Below are positions 19,693 to 30,545 of a DNA stretch of 64,000 nucleotides, one piece after another (the stretch's first letter is position 1; each line of letters begins with the position of its first letter). Below the pieces are notes generated by a model. It was not told the origin of the DNA, did not search any database, and worked only from the letters and a program-made list of their open reading frames with translations. Source of the DNA: Patescibacteria group bacterium (lineage in GTDB: Bacteria; Patescibacteriota; Minisyncoccia; UBA6257; JACRHW01); NCBI GenBank assembly GCA_028865725.1, contig JAGWJP010000001.1:207143-271142 (forward strand). The letters are read 5' to 3'. A program made the position numbers and the translations under genes.

Positions 19693-20895
19693 ATGATTAG
19701 GCTCTTCATGGATTCAGCAGAACATGCTGATGCGTCGCTTCCGTTGCGGTGGGCGGTGAGTCCTGGTACGCTCCAGGCATTGAAGGCGCAAGAAGCGCGC
19801 GATCCCCATCTTCTCCTTTGCATAGTACAAAAATATCCTAATGGACGCATCAATGAGATTCAGCGTTTGTTGATACCTTTCGAATATGCGATGCACTATA
19901 TTTCATTTCCACGTCCCGGGACATTTATGTTGTATGCTACGATTGTATGGCCAAAAGAGAAGTGGGCTCATTCAAACGATCTCCGTGGTAACTTTTTGAG
20001 GAAGGATTGGGATTACTATCGCATGCGTTTGTTTAGAAATGTGGTCGATGAGGCAGTCGCATTAGATATTGATAGTCAAGAAAATTCTTCAGAAAACGAT
20101 GAGGGCGAAGTGTTTGACGGTTCTCGTGAAATTGAGTTTGCGCCCGATCGTCACAATGGTCCTTTTTACGGTGTGATCGATTGCGGAGAGCTTGAGCTGG
20201 TTGTTGGAAAAGAATTTTTTGCAAAGGAGCCTCCTCAATGGTTGAGCGATTGGGTCAACTGCTGGTTTGAATCTCCTGCAAGAAATTCGTGTCAATTCAG
20301 GAAGCGCACGATTATGGCGTTTACGATTCAACCCGTCTTACTTGGGATCGGAGCTCTTTTTTTAGAGGCGTATATCTTCGTGAACGCTCTCATTCTGTTT
20401 CTTATCGGAGGCGTGCTCAAAGGTGAAGTTTTTTTAAGTCCCTTTGAATATTGCTGGCACAACAATCCTGGAGAATTGCTGTCTAATAATTCGCGCTGGT
20501 TTATTCCGCTTCATAAATCCATCTTCTATTTTCCGCTCGTACCAGGATTCTGGTTGTCGTGTGGGTTGATTGGACGTTCGTTGCATGTTCATCACATCGG
20601 AGCATTCATTGCGGTGTGCATGCTTGTAATGTTTGCCCTTCTTGTGGCTATTGTGGGCGTGGCATTGTTTCTACAGAATTGCGCTGAGAAGTCGGACAAG
20701 AAACCTGCTGAGTCGACCGAAAGCCAGCGCGAGAAGGATCGCATCCGTCATTTTTACGCGACGAAGATGAATGGTCTTACTGATACGGGAGATGCGTTGG
20801 CTCCAAGCCTTTCTTCCCTTCCTCCTGAAAAGAGAACGATTCGTCTGCGTCTTCAGGAATTGAAAGCGAAGTACTGCAAACTCTACGCGCGTTAG
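19693..20895 (+). CDS. hypothetical membrane protein
   Basis: 400 aa. AAGGAGG RBS. A soluble N-terminal half is followed by four or five transmembrane helices. Confidence 0.5.
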   Translation: MIRLFMDSAEHADASLPLRWAVSPGTLQALKAQEARDPHLLLCIVQKYPNGRINEIQRLLIPFEYAMHYISFPRPGTFMLYATIVWPKEKWAHSNDLRGNFLRKDWDYYRMRLFRNVVDEAVALDIDSQENSSENDEGEVFDGSREIEFAPDRHNGPFYGVIDCGELELVVGKEFFAKEPPQWLSDWVNCWFESPARNSCQFRKRTIMAFTIQPVLLGIGALFLEAYIFVNALILFLIGGVLKGEVFLSPFEYCWHNNPGELLSNNSRWFIPLHKSIFYFPLVPGFWLSCGLIGRSLHVHHIGAFIAVCMLVMFALLVAIVGVALFLQNCAEKSDKKPAESTESQREKDRIRHFYATKMNGLTDTGDALAPSLSSLPPEKRTIRLRLQELKAKYCKLYAR

Positions 20896-21069
20896 TGTAG
20901 GCTTTATAGCCTTGATATCGATCGGGGCTTTTTATTTGATCAAAATCACAGGTGGAAATCTGTGAATATTCATTCATGGCATGGTTTTCTCGGGTGGAAA
21001 CTCTTGTATTTATCTGTCTATCATGTTATTATGTTATTTAGTTCCTTTCCTCTAAAGGAGAGTTTCTTT

Positions 21070-21897
21070 ATGGATAATATCCTCGAGAAGCGCCTTTTGT
21101 CATGGTATGAGCTTGATATTGTCGGAACCGATCTCATTATTCGTATCCACGACATGGTGATACCTCACGTGAAAGACATATTGCTTGCGTGCACCGGTCA
21201 GTTATTGCATACGGAAACTGAGCTTTCTCTACCGGCATTTCTCCCCTTCGGTACTGATGCGCAATGGGGGTTCGGCGGATGCGTGGAATGTAAACCAGGG
21301 AAACCTGAGAAAAAGAGATGGGTTACTTTTTATGCCCCGCTTCCTGTAGTAAGTAAAACAGGCGCTTTAGAAGATACTGATTGGAGCGGCGCCTACGCAC
21401 TTTCTGCAACATTGAATATTCTCTTTTACGCGTTGAATGCATGTGCAGGAATTGTTCGTGCGGGGACACCACAACATTGTTGTGTGTCGCTTAGTACAAG
21501 AAAAGCTATGTATGGCTGTTCTCTTTCTTGCGCACTTTCTTCCGGGGTAGGGATATGGGTTTCTCGCGAACCTGATGATGCAGCGCCGTATCAAAAAAAC
21601 CGCAAACAAGTTCGTCCTGAAGTAAATGATGCCATGGCGCGCGTATATCAGCATATGATGGGGCCCCCTAAATATCCGGAATTGCCATGTCGCGCTAAGG
21701 CATATTTCGTGGGTCCGAAATGGATCCATCTTGACTGTCCGGGGGATGCGTGCGGTTTGGATCCAGAAACATATGCTTCCCCGAAGCTTAATGTCGGATA
21801 TCGCCTCGTACCACACAATGTCGATACGCCTATGCAGCAGCTTACTCTTTTGGCTGGTATTGCGGCGGTTATGGCACTTGTCCGCAATGGACGTTGA
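21070..21897 (+). CDS. hypothetical protein
   Basis: AAAGGAG RBS then ATG at 21070 (MDNILEK...). The six-frame ORF starts earlier at a GTG (20962). Confidence 0.4.
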   Translation: MDNILEKRLLSWYELDIVGTDLIIRIHDMVIPHVKDILLACTGQLLHTETELSLPAFLPFGTDAQWGFGGCVECKPGKPEKKRWVTFYAPLPVVSKTGALEDTDWSGAYALSATLNILFYALNACAGIVRAGTPQHCCVSLSTRKAMYGCSLSCALSSGVGIWVSREPDDAAPYQKNRKQVRPEVNDAMARVYQHMMGPPKYPELPCRAKAYFVGPKWIHLDCPGDACGLDPETYASPKLNVGYRLVPHNVDTPMQQLTLLAGIAAVMALVRNGR

Positions 21898-21991
21898 TCA
21901 TTATTCTATTCAGGCTACATAGCCTGTTTTTTCATGCAGGGTGCTTGTGATGAGGGCTATATTTTTGTTACAATAAAAGCGTATTCACGAT

Positions 21992-24193
21992 ATGGGAAGA
22001 AGAAAAAACAAAGAACAAAAATCAAAGGTTAGCGACAGTATTCGTGTGCTTCCGGCACCTTTTGCACATATTTCAATAGAAACGAAGAAAAGTCTCAATG
22101 CTATTTTTTTTATTACCGCTGCTCTTGTCGTGACGCTTAGTTTTTTTGGACTTGCAGGCGCATTTGGTATGGGACTGCTTCATGTGGGTGTGGGGTGGTT
22201 TGGGTGGGGTTTTTATACTATTCCTGTTATTCTTATGGCGATGGCGGGTGCATTTTTGTGGACATTGCACTCTCAGCATACTCATGGAACAGGTCTTTCC
22301 GGCGCGCTTCTTTTTGTGAGCATACTTGGCGTGTTGCAGCTTCTTCATCCGAACGCAGGCGGTGTAGTGGGGGGTGCGGTGGCGAGTATTAAGAATCTTT
22401 TTGGATTTTGGGCCAGTATGATTATTTTACTGAGCCTTTTTCTTAGTTCTTTGATTATCATGTTCGATATCCCGCTCTTCGTACACAAGCCGAAAGAGGA
22501 TCAGAGGGACAATGCGAACGTTCCTCCCGTGACGCCTTCTGATGTTATGGCAGTGTCGCAACCCCCCTCCATCACACCGCCTGTTGTTTCAGGCGTGGGA
22601 GCTGCGAAAGGAGCTCATCCTGCTGAAGAGAACAAAGAAAAGGAGGATGATATGTCTTCCTCATTCCCGCAAAAAACACATATGCGCAAGCAAGTTATGC
22701 CCGCTGTCAAAAGCGATTACGTGCTCCCCCCGCTTGATTTACTAGAAGCAGAATCGACCAAGCCTATCGCGGGCGATATTAAGGCACAAGCGAATATTAT
22801 TACACGTACGCTTGAAAAATTTGGTATTCCTGTCGAAATCGGAGAAGTGAATATCGGCTCGTCGGTGACGCGATATGCCGTAAAGCCTGCAGAAGGAGTA
22901 AAGCTCTCGAAAATTACTAATTTGCACAATGATCTGGCCCTCGCTCTTGCTGCGCATCCTGTACGCATCGAGGCGCCGATTCCCGGAAAATCATTGGTGG
23001 GCATTGAGGTTCCGAATAAGGCATCGATGATCGTTCGTCTTAAAAATTTGTTACAAGAAAAAACATTTCAAGAAAGCAATCTTCTTTCGTTTGCGATTGG
23101 ACGTGATGTAACGGGTGAGGCGGTGGTAGCGAACTTGGCGAAAATGCCGCACTTGCTTGTCGCAGGTGCCACAGGTTCTGGAAAATCGATTACTATTCAT
23201 GCGTTTATGACCTCACTCCTTTTTAAGAATGCTCCCGATACCTTGCGTTTTATTCTTATCGATCCCAAGCGTGTGGAACTTTCTGTCTATAATGAAATCC
23301 CGCATCTTGTCGCTCCTGTGATTACTGATGGCAAGCGCGCGGTGATGTCTTTGAAATGGGCAGTACAAGAGATGGAACAACGCTACCAGATGCTTCTTGA
23401 AGAAAAGACGAGGGATATCGATGCTTACAATGAAAAGATGGCGCTTCAAAAAAAAGAGTTTATGCCCTACATTATTATTGTTATTGATGAGCTTGCGGAT
23501 CTTATGGCAAGTTTTGGTAAGGTGGTCGAGGCATATATTGTGCGTCTTGCGCAGATGTCTCGCGCGGTGGGAATCCATCTTGTGGTTTCTACTCAGCGTC
23601 CTTCTGTGGATGTGATCACCGGTCTTATCAAAGCTAATATCCCTTCTCGCATTGCACTGCAGGTAGTATCACAGATAGATTCACGCACCATTCTTGATAC
23701 GATGGGCGCAGAAAAATTATTAGGAAACGGAGACATGTTGTATCTCGCCCCCGATGCCTCCAAACCAAAGCGTTTGCAAGGTGTTTATGTTTCAGATGAA
23801 GAAGTAAAACGTCTCGTTGGGTTTTGGATAAAACAAAAGGTTGGAGGGGGGGAGGTGAGCGGTCTGGAACAAGTATTGCGGCAGGATAAATCTAATAATG
23901 ATACCATTCCTGGCGGTGTTACTTCTTCATTTGTTGATTTTGATAGTATGGGGAATGATGACGAGGCAAATGATGACATGTATGACCAGGCGCTCCAGGT
24001 GGTACGAGAGGCTAAAAAGGCTTCTGCTTCGTTGTTGCAAAGAAGATTGCGCGTTGGATACGCCCGTGCGGCACGCCTTCTTGATTTGCTCGAGAATAAA
24101 GGAATCATAGGTCCCGGTGATGGCGCCAAACCGCGTGAGGTATATGTAGATACGGTAGACAATAGTGTCGGGGAAGAGGATAGCATCCTTTAA
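21992..24193 (+). CDS. ftsK: DNA translocase FtsK/SpoIIIE
   Basis: N-terminal transmembrane helices and a Pro-rich linker. The motor carries Walker A (GATGSGKS) and Walker B (IVIDELADLM). A C-terminal gamma winged-helix (...LLQRRLRVGYARAARLLDLLE...) is present. Confidence 0.9.
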   Translation: MGRRKNKEQKSKVSDSIRVLPAPFAHISIETKKSLNAIFFITAALVVTLSFFGLAGAFGMGLLHVGVGWFGWGFYTIPVILMAMAGAFLWTLHSQHTHGTGLSGALLFVSILGVLQLLHPNAGGVVGGAVASIKNLFGFWASMIILLSLFLSSLIIMFDIPLFVHKPKEDQRDNANVPPVTPSDVMAVSQPPSITPPVVSGVGAAKGAHPAEENKEKEDDMSSSFPQKTHMRKQVMPAVKSDYVLPPLDLLEAESTKPIAGDIKAQANIITRTLEKFGIPVEIGEVNIGSSVTRYAVKPAEGVKLSKITNLHNDLALALAAHPVRIEAPIPGKSLVGIEVPNKASMIVRLKNLLQEKTFQESNLLSFAIGRDVTGEAVVANLAKMPHLLVAGATGSGKSITIHAFMTSLLFKNAPDTLRFILIDPKRVELSVYNEIPHLVAPVITDGKRAVMSLKWAVQEMEQRYQMLLEEKTRDIDAYNEKMALQKKEFMPYIIIVIDELADLMASFGKVVEAYIVRLAQMSRAVGIHLVVSTQRPSVDVITGLIKANIPSRIALQVVSQIDSRTILDTMGAEKLLGNGDMLYLAPDASKPKRLQGVYVSDEEVKRLVGFWIKQKVGGGEVSGLEQVLRQDKSNNDTIPGGVTSSFVDFDSMGNDDEANDDMYDQALQVVREAKKASASLLQRRLRVGYARAARLLDLLENKGIIGPGDGAKPREVYVDTVDNSVGEEDSIL

Positions 24194-24194
24194 T

Positions 24195-24824
24195 ATGGAA
24201 GAAGACACAACGCTCGGAACTATGATAAAACGAGCGCGGCTTATTCAGAAAAAAAGTCTTGAACGAGTTGCGCGTGATTCTGGTGTTCCTCTTGAACGTC
24301 TTGTTTCTTTGGAAAACGATAGAATACTACCAACCATTCCTCGTACTTATGCGGTTGCCTACTTAAGGAAGATAGCCCAATGTTTGGATATATCCGAAGA
24401 GTTGATTCTCGCGCAGTACAATAAAGAGGTTAAAGAAGATGGAGGGGGGGTACTGTTTCCCTCTGCTTCTCGATCACTCAGCATGCGCATTCCTTTTTCT
24501 CGAGATGTAGGTCTTGGAATTCTCGTTGCGTGTATTGTGTTTGGTTTTTTGGGCTATCAGGCTTACAATTATTTCCGTTACCCCTTTCTTTCCATAAGCT
24601 TTCCTGAAGATAGCTACCTTAGTTCCAGTAGCCAGATTGTCGTCGTGGGAAAGACAGAAGCGGGTGTGTTGGTGGCGATCAATGGGGTGCATGTTAACGT
24701 GGTAGGAACTTCTTTCTCCTATCCCTACACACTTGCGCCGGGAGTAAATGTTCTTACGATTACTGCACAAAAACGATTTGGTAAACAATTGCATCTTGAG
24801 CGGCTTGTGATGTATAATCCATAA
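24195..24824 (+). CDS. RodZ-like HTH-domain membrane protein
   Basis: N-terminal XRE-type HTH (TLGTMIKRARLIQKKSLERVARDSGV), then a single transmembrane helix, then a C-terminal beta domain. Confidence 0.45.
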   Translation: MEEDTTLGTMIKRARLIQKKSLERVARDSGVPLERLVSLENDRILPTIPRTYAVAYLRKIAQCLDISEELILAQYNKEVKEDGGGVLFPSASRSLSMRIPFSRDVGLGILVACIVFGFLGYQAYNYFRYPFLSISFPEDSYLSSSSQIVVVGKTEAGVLVAINGVHVNVVGTSFSYPYTLAPGVNVLTITAQKRFGKQLHLERLVMYNP

Positions 24825-24888
24825 ACGATGAAAACGTTTCTGAACACAAGATATATCTTGTGTTCAGAAAATTATTTACTGTAGAGAT

Positions 24889-25914
24889 ATGAAAAAACAA
24901 AAAGAGGAAAAAAAAGAAAAAGAAGATAAAGGTGGATTGCAAGCTATTATCGACGAGCTTAGGGAAAAGTTTGGCGAGGGCGCGATTATGACGCTTGGCG
25001 AAGCGGAAAAAGTTGATGTGCGGGCGATTCCTACCGGTTCATTGAGTTTGGATTTGGCGCTTGGGGTCATGGGTGTTCCTCATGGAAGAATTATCGAGAT
25101 CTATGGTCCTGAATCGAGTGGTAAAACTACGCTTGCACTGCATATTGTTGCAGAGGCACAGAAGAAGGGTGGTAAGGCTGCATTTATTGATGCAGAGCAC
25201 GCACTCGATCCTGAATACGCGCGTCGTATTGGTGTAAAGCTCCATGAGCTTTTAATTGCCCAGCCTGATAACGGAGAAGAAGCGCTCAATATTTTGGAAG
25301 CATTAGTACGTTCCGGGGATATTGATGTATGCGTGGTTGATTCCGTAGCCGCGCTTACGCCAAAGGCAGAAATAGAAGGAGAAATGGGACAGCAATATAT
25401 TGGGCTTCAGGCGCGCCTTATGTCCCAAGCATTGCGTAAATTAACTGCAATTACTGCTAAGTCAGACACGATCATTATTTTCATCAACCAGATACGTTCC
25501 CAAATAGGAACAGTGATGTTTGGCAACCCAGAGACGACCCCTGGAGGAAGAGCATTGAAATTTTATGCGTCAGTGCGCCTTGATGTGCGCCGCATCGCTC
25601 AAATTAAACGAGGGGATGATATCATAGGCAATCATGTGCGCGTGAAGGTGGCAAAGAATAAAGTCGCCCCTCCATTTAAGGTTGCCGAGTTTGATATTTT
25701 TTTCAACAAAGGAATAGTGCCAGAGACTGAATTGCTGAATCTTGCCTTGAAGTATGGGATTGCAACAAAATCCGGGGCATCTTATAGTTATAACGGCGAG
25801 CGCTTGGGGGTAGGTATGGATGCGGCTTCTGAGGCATTGAAAGAGAACCAAAAAGTGAGAAAAGAGGTATTGGAAAAGGTAAAGGCAGCGTGGAAAGACC
25901 AAAACAAGTTTTAA
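24889..25914 (+). CDS. recA: recombinase RecA
   Basis: Contains GPESSGKTT, ...FINQIR..., and the L2 loop. Confidence 0.97.
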   Translation: MKKQKEEKKEKEDKGGLQAIIDELREKFGEGAIMTLGEAEKVDVRAIPTGSLSLDLALGVMGVPHGRIIEIYGPESSGKTTLALHIVAEAQKKGGKAAFIDAEHALDPEYARRIGVKLHELLIAQPDNGEEALNILEALVRSGDIDVCVVDSVAALTPKAEIEGEMGQQYIGLQARLMSQALRKLTAITAKSDTIIIFINQIRSQIGTVMFGNPETTPGGRALKFYASVRLDVRRIAQIKRGDDIIGNHVRVKVAKNKVAPPFKVAEFDIFFNKGIVPETELLNLALKYGIATKSGASYSYNGERLGVGMDAASEALKENQKVRKEVLEKVKAAWKDQNKF

Positions 25915-25924
25915 AAATTAATTC

Positions 25925-26040
25925 TGTTAGCACATTGCTTTGTCAGAAACTACGTTTTTGCTCATCGTGCGTTTTAGCACGTCTCGCAAAAAGCCTCATT
26001 TCTTTCGCGTCGCGCATCTCATCCGAACCTGCAAGCTTTT
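25925..26040 (+). repeat. dispersed structured repeat, copy C, after recA
   Basis: TTGCTTTGTCAGAAACTACGTTTTTGCTC-[hairpin CGTGC..GCACG]-CTCGCAAAAAGCCTCATTTCTTTCGCG.. Compensatory changes TTTTTGC/GCAAAAA here versus TTCTTGC/GCAAGAG in copy B. Confidence 0.6.
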
Positions 26041-26125
26041 CCCACCAGACGTTTCTTATGTGTGGTTTGAAAAAATTCATTAAAGTTTAAAATGTTATTC
26101 AAAGAAATAAGAACCTGTTTCTTGT

Positions 26126-26683
26126 ATGTTGCAATTCGTCACCGGCAACACGCGAAAGTATGAAGAAATGAAAGGGATGCTTGATATTCCGTTTGAACAA
26201 CATGATATTGATTTGCCTGAGCCGCAATCGCTGTCCGCCGAGGAAATTATTCGAGAAAAACTGCGTGCTGCAGAAATGTATGCTGAGGGAGAATATTTTG
26301 TGGAGGATACCTCCCTCTATTTTGATTGTTTTCGCGGTATGCTTCCGGGCCCACTTGTTAAGTGGTTTTTAGAAGTGCTCCGCCCCGAAGGACTCGCAGA
26401 TCTTGTTGCGAGGATGGGAACGAACACGTGTGTGGCAAGGACGTTGATCGGCTATCTTAATGCGGAGGGCGAAATTGCTATTTTTGAAGGGACACAAAAA
26501 GGCATTATTGTATCTCCTCGCGGTACGCTTGATTTCGGTTGGGGTCCTGTCTTTCAACCTGAAGGAGAAACGCGTACTTTTGGCGAAATGGAACGAAGTG
26601 AAAAATTTCGTACGAGCATGCGCGCTTTCGCTGCTCGTCGATTCAGCGATTATTATATGAGGACTACAAAAAGACCCGCGTAG
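26126..26683 (+). CDS. non-canonical purine NTP pyrophosphatase (Ham1/RdgB/ITPase family)
   Basis: FVTGNTRKYEEM...FVEDTSLYFDCFRGMLPGPLVKWF...GWGPVFQPEG is the Ham1 signature. Confidence 0.75.
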   Translation: MLQFVTGNTRKYEEMKGMLDIPFEQHDIDLPEPQSLSAEEIIREKLRAAEMYAEGEYFVEDTSLYFDCFRGMLPGPLVKWFLEVLRPEGLADLVARMGTNTCVARTLIGYLNAEGEIAIFEGTQKGIIVSPRGTLDFGWGPVFQPEGETRTFGEMERSEKFRTSMRAFAARRFSDYYMRTTKRPA

Positions 26684-26698
26684 GGGCGAGTCTTTTTG
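26666..26698. terminator. bidirectional terminator between the ITPase gene and rpsR
   Basis: AAAAAGAC-CCGCGTAGGGGCGA-GTCTTTTT, flanked by an A-run on one side and a T-run on the other. Confidence 0.4.
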
Positions 26699-26704
26699 TA
26701 GTCA

Positions 26705-26923
26705 CTATTTTGTGTGAAGATTGGTATAAGGGAGAAGTGCCATCACACGCGCGCGTTTAATGGCTTCACTCAGTTTGCGTTGATGAGACGCACAAATCCC
26801 TGTTTTTTTAGGCTTATAGATCTTTGCTTGAAGGGATACAAAATGACGAAGAGTATTAATATCTTTATAATCAATATATCCTGTATTCTGCGAGCAAAAA
26901 TGGCATTGTTTGTTATTGAGCAT
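26705..26923 (-). CDS. rpsR: 30S ribosomal protein S18
   Basis: CHFCSQNTGYIDYKDINTLRHFVS...KKTGICASHQRKLSEAIKRARVMALLPY. Confidence 0.9.
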   Translation of the reverse strand: MLNNKQCHFCSQNTGYIDYKDINTLRHFVSLQAKIYKPKKTGICASHQRKLSEAIKRARVMALLPYTNLHTK

Positions 26924-26937
26924 ATGCGTGCGATGGG

Positions 26938-27408
26938 TTAGAAGGGAAGATCTTCGCTTTTAATTCCATTTGTGTCATCAATATCAATAACAGGGAGTTC
27001 TTCCTCGGGAGAATTATCCGCCTCTTTTCCATTATCATGCGCTGAAGGCGCTGATGCGTTTGGCGCAAATCCTGTGCCTTGCGCGCGAGGACCGAATTGG
27101 ATATTTTCGGCGACAATTTCGGTGACTTTGCGCTTGTTCCCCGTAGTGTCATTCCAGGAACGAGTACGGAGCCGTCCCTCAACGTAAATCAGCGCGCCTT
27201 TTTTCAAAAACTGATGAACCGTTTCTGCCTGTCGCCCCCACACTACTACGGAGTGAAATTCTGTATCTTCTTTTTTTTGTTTATTTTGGTCAAACCACAC
27301 CCGGTTGGTGGCGACAGAAACAGTAGTAACGGACTGCCCGCTTGGCGTCGTGCGGAGATCTGGATCATTTGTCAGCCGCCCAATAAGGATAACTTTATTA
27401 AGATTCAT
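26938..27408 (-). CDS. ssb: single-stranded DNA-binding protein
   Basis: MNLNKVILIGRLTNDPDLRTT...VTTVSVATNR. The OB fold and the acidic C-terminal tail DDDIPF are present. The start is placed at MNLNK with an RBS. Confidence 0.9.
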   Translation of the reverse strand: MNLNKVILIGRLTNDPDLRTTPSGQSVTTVSVATNRVWFDQNKQKKEDTEFHSVVVWGRQAETVHQFLKKGALIYVEGRLRTRSWNDTTGNKRKVTEIVAENIQFGPRAQGTGFAPNASAPSAHDNGKEADNSPEEELPVIDIDDTNGIKSEDLPF

Positions 27409-27418
27409 AAGTGATACG

Positions 27419-27949
27419 TTATAATATTTCTGCAAGTTTTTTATCCAACTCTTGTACATCTACCTCAGATGAGGAAAGCTGATCCTTCGAAGAAGAGGAA
27501 TGTTGTTCTGACGGAGTAGGTTCTTCTGTGACTATTGGAAGGGACGTTTCTTCTTCCTTTTTATTTTTTGTTTCTTTTTCTTGTTTTTGTTTCATGTGTT
27601 CAGTGTAACGTCGTTCATGCCGTGTTTCCTGCGTGAGGTCTCCTCGATCAAGTTTAATAATAAGAGAGCGCAATACCTGCGGGTTGTAGCGCAAGATATC
27701 GGTAATGGCTTTTATAGCTGAGGATTCCGCTTCAAAGCGAATCCATGAGAAATACGCCGTTTTTTTCTTATTAATACGGTATGCCAACGGCTGGAGAGCT
27801 TGCGCACCTTGTTCTGTAATAGCGGTGGCATGCTTTTCGATAAGTTCTTCAACGGTTTTCTGTGCCTTATTTGCATCGGATTCATCAAGATCTCCGTTGA
27901 TGAGAATACCGATTTCGTAGAGCGTTTTTGTTTCTTCTGTAGTATCCAT
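27419..27949 (-). CDS. rpsF: 30S ribosomal protein S6 with long acidic/Lys-rich C-terminal extension
   Basis: YEIGILINGDLDE...AITEQGAQALQPLAYRINKKKTAYFSWIRFEA. It is first in an rpsF-ssb-rpsR operon. Confidence 0.85.
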   Translation of the reverse strand: MDTTEETKTLYEIGILINGDLDESDANKAQKTVEELIEKHATAITEQGAQALQPLAYRINKKKTAYFSWIRFEAESSAIKAITDILRYNPQVLRSLIIKLDRGDLTQETRHERRYTEHMKQKQEKETKNKKEEETSLPIVTEEPTPSEQHSSSSKDQLSSSEVDVQELDKKLAEIL

Positions 27950-28189
27950 ATGTTGTATCTAATGTAGCACCTATCCCCAAAAAGGTCAATCCTTCACCTT
28001 TGTACCCCAAATTTTTATAATACCGCTATTCTTGTCTCTATGCGTAGATTTATTCAAAAAAAGTATGGTTTTTAGGGTACGAAACTCCCCGAGCTTACGC
28101 TCTGGGAGTTTCGTACTTTATGCCGAAGTTTTTGGTAATAATAAAAATCCCGATTGATATCGGGATTGCGGTCATCTCGTGTGATAATC

Positions 28190-28651
28190 TCATTCGTTTT
28201 CTTCAAAAGACAGATGCGACGTTCCACGTTCGATTTCTTCATGAATGACGCGTCGACAATGAGTACACGCAAACGGAGATGATATATACATTTCTCTTGC
28301 AAGATCTTCAAGTATTTCTATAAAAAGGTTTTTGTGTTTTACGCATAACCGTTGGGCAATGCGGCGCATTAACATTCGGTTTTTGTTTTCCTGCACTGCT
28401 GTTACAAATGCGGAACACAGGTATGCGATTCCAGAGCATGCGCCACGTACATATTCAGCCTGGGGATGCTCGTTGCTCAAAGTATCTACAAAACGGGCTA
28501 ATTCTGCACGTACTTCGGAAATGAGTTCTTGCCTGTTACGCGGTAACTCGTTGCCTATATCAGAAGCAATCTCATTTATAATTTGAGGTGTAGCTCCTGA
28601 GTCCGCTTGCTCCAGCTTTGTCAATTTTTCTTGGAAATGATCTAGACGCAT
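28190..28651 (-). CDS. hypothetical protein
   Basis: 153-aa ORF with no recognisable motif. Confidence 0.4.
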   Translation of the reverse strand: MRLDHFQEKLTKLEQADSGATPQIINEIASDIGNELPRNRQELISEVRAELARFVDTLSNEHPQAEYVRGACSGIAYLCSAFVTAVQENKNRMLMRRIAQRLCVKHKNLFIEILEDLAREMYISSPFACTHCRRVIHEEIERGTSHLSFEENE

Positions 28652-28734
28652 CGTGTCACACTCCTTTCCAAAAATACCTTATACAACTTAACACGCAAAA
28701 CATCTCGTTGTCTAGCGTTTCGGGGTGCTCGCAA

Positions 28735-29214
28735 TTATGCTTTTTTAATTTTGAGTTTTCGTTCGCCGAGCGCTGCTTTTTTGGGGAGTTTGATAAGAAG
28801 GACCCCGTTCTTAAATTCTGCAACGGCAGAATCAGCATCAATCTGTTCTGGAAGGATAATGCTTCGCGAAAAATTGCCCCAGAAGATTTCGCGATAGAAA
28901 TACTGATCGCTTGCCACGTGTGCGGTTTTTTTTCGGGTGCCCTTAATTGTCACCATGTCATTTGTAATGCTTACATCGAGATCGTTTTCATCAATTCCCG
29001 CGATTGTTGATTGGATGTAGATATTCTCTTCATCCTGAAAGACGTCTACCGTAAGCTGACCCTCTTCGGCGTTTTCTGTCTCTTCGTTTTTGGACCCTGG
29101 AAATTGGCGCGCGAGCGAACGACCGATTGAAGAACCAGCTTTTGCGAGGAGGGGATTAAAAAATTCATTTCCTTGATAGGATGACTCTTCTTCGTAGTGT
29201 TGTTCTTCTTCCAT
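28735..29214 (-). CDS. Hsp20/alpha-crystallin family small heat-shock protein
   Basis: LTVDVFQDEENIYIQSTIAGIDENDLDVSITNDMVTIKGTRKK...EFKNGVLLIKLPK. Confidence 0.85.
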   Translation of the reverse strand: MEEEQHYEEESSYQGNEFFNPLLAKAGSSIGRSLARQFPGSKNEETENAEEGQLTVDVFQDEENIYIQSTIAGIDENDLDVSITNDMVTIKGTRKKTAHVASDQYFYREIFWGNFSRSIILPEQIDADSAVAEFKNGVLLIKLPKKAALGERKLKIKKA

Positions 29215-29245
29215 AAATGAATTGAGAGGGGGCGCTTCTACCGCG

Positions 29246-29974
29246 CTACACTCTCTCTTGTGAATTAGTTAAATTACCTTTTAGGAGTTCAAAATCGTTG
29301 AGAAGAAAAAACCCGGCAACAATGAGAAGTGATGTGGTATAAAGGAAACTCACATTCCCATAATATATTATAAGGTAGTTAAACGCAGTGTGCAAACCAA
29401 TAGCTGTGAAGAACCCGAATATTAAATATCGTGTCTTATGGGTTTGCATGCTTTGCGCCCAATAGTATCCCAATAATCCGCTTGCAAGCGTGTGGAGAAG
29501 CGTCGCTCCCATAAAACGAATACTTAGTAACTGGATCGTGGAAGACAGTGAGATATTTGCGAATGCAAACCAGTTTATGGGGGAGAGCGGGTTGTGGATT
29601 TCACGAAGTACGAGGACGATATTTTCTGCGGTTGCAAAACCAAGACTCGCCGTGATCATGTAGATCATTGCGTCAATTGGTTCGTCGAATTCTTTGTCGT
29701 GTTTCATGGGAAGTGCGGCAAGAAATTTAAACCCTTCTTCAATAAGGGCCGCAATGAGAAATGCATAAAAAAGCGTCCACGAAGGATCAAAGCTAAACAG
29801 TGGTTTGGAAAAAATGTTTTCGAGAATAAGCACGATGGGAGCTGCTGCAATTCCCGAGATAAATGTGCGAAGAAGTTTTTTCCATGGTTCGGGATGGATA
29901 TCCTCTTTCAAATAAAAATATAGCCAGCCGATCGCAGGCGCACTCCCTAATATGAGTGCGGTGAGTAGTTCCAT
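29246..29974 (-). CDS. PrsW-like intramembrane protease family membrane protein
   Basis: Polytopic membrane protein with the ALIEEGFKFLAA (EExxK) and FATAENIV motifs. Confidence 0.55.
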   Translation of the reverse strand: MELLTALILGSAPAIGWLYFYLKEDIHPEPWKKLLRTFISGIAAAPIVLILENIFSKPLFSFDPSWTLFYAFLIAALIEEGFKFLAALPMKHDKEFDEPIDAMIYMITASLGFATAENIVLVLREIHNPLSPINWFAFANISLSSTIQLLSIRFMGATLLHTLASGLLGYYWAQSMQTHKTRYLIFGFFTAIGLHTAFNYLIIYYGNVSFLYTTSLLIVAGFFLLNDFELLKGNLTNSQERV

Positions 29975-30111
29975 ATCTTAATAATTATATTGTAGCGTGT
30001 ATCGTGTGTCTTGTAACTAGCATATTCCCATATCCTGATTAGGCATTGTTGATATGTAGTATATAATATGTTATGTTTGTCGTGGGTCATTGAAATAAGG
30101 AGGAGACTTGT

Positions 30112-30366
30112 ATGGCGAGGGAGATAGGTTTTCGTCTTAAAGAGAATGATGATCGCGAGAAAATTCTCGAAGAGGTAAAAGCTATAGAGGGAATCATGTC
30201 TGTTTCTCAACTGCGTCCTTGTAGTAAGAGCGCTAGGATTCGCACGATCACGATGTGGTGTGCTGTGTTGCGAGAAGAGGCGCCTATTCGAGAAATTATG
30301 GAGACAATGCGAGAGATCCCTGGTGTGTTAGGTGTGACATCTTTCGCTGATTGTGAGCTTATGTGA
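30112..30366 (+). CDS. small Lrp/AsnC-type RAM (ligand-binding) domain-like protein
   Basis: 84 aa. AGGAGG RBS. ...ILEEVKAIEGIMSVSQL...REIPGVLGVTSF resembles stand-alone RAM domains. Confidence 0.3.
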   Translation: MAREIGFRLKENDDREKILEEVKAIEGIMSVSQLRPCSKSARIRTITMWCAVLREEAPIREIMETMREIPGVLGVTSFADCELM

Positions 30367-30545
30367 TGAAAGGGAGCGTACTTCCCATGAGACCACGCGC
30401 ATCATATTCACTGCGCCTCTTTGAGCACTATATTCTCATATGGCGTGCTATTGCGCACATACGGATTATTAAATCACCCTTTTGGCGATCCTAGTTAATC
30501 GTTATAGATAATAGATAGGAATTATGAGACCTGAGGAGAAAATGT

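Noticed and set aside
20962-21069. Upstream GTG start extending the 21070 gene by 36 aa
   Set aside because: No ribosome-binding site precedes it, whereas AAAGGAG precedes the ATG at 21070. The shorter model is preferred, though the longer one cannot be excluded.
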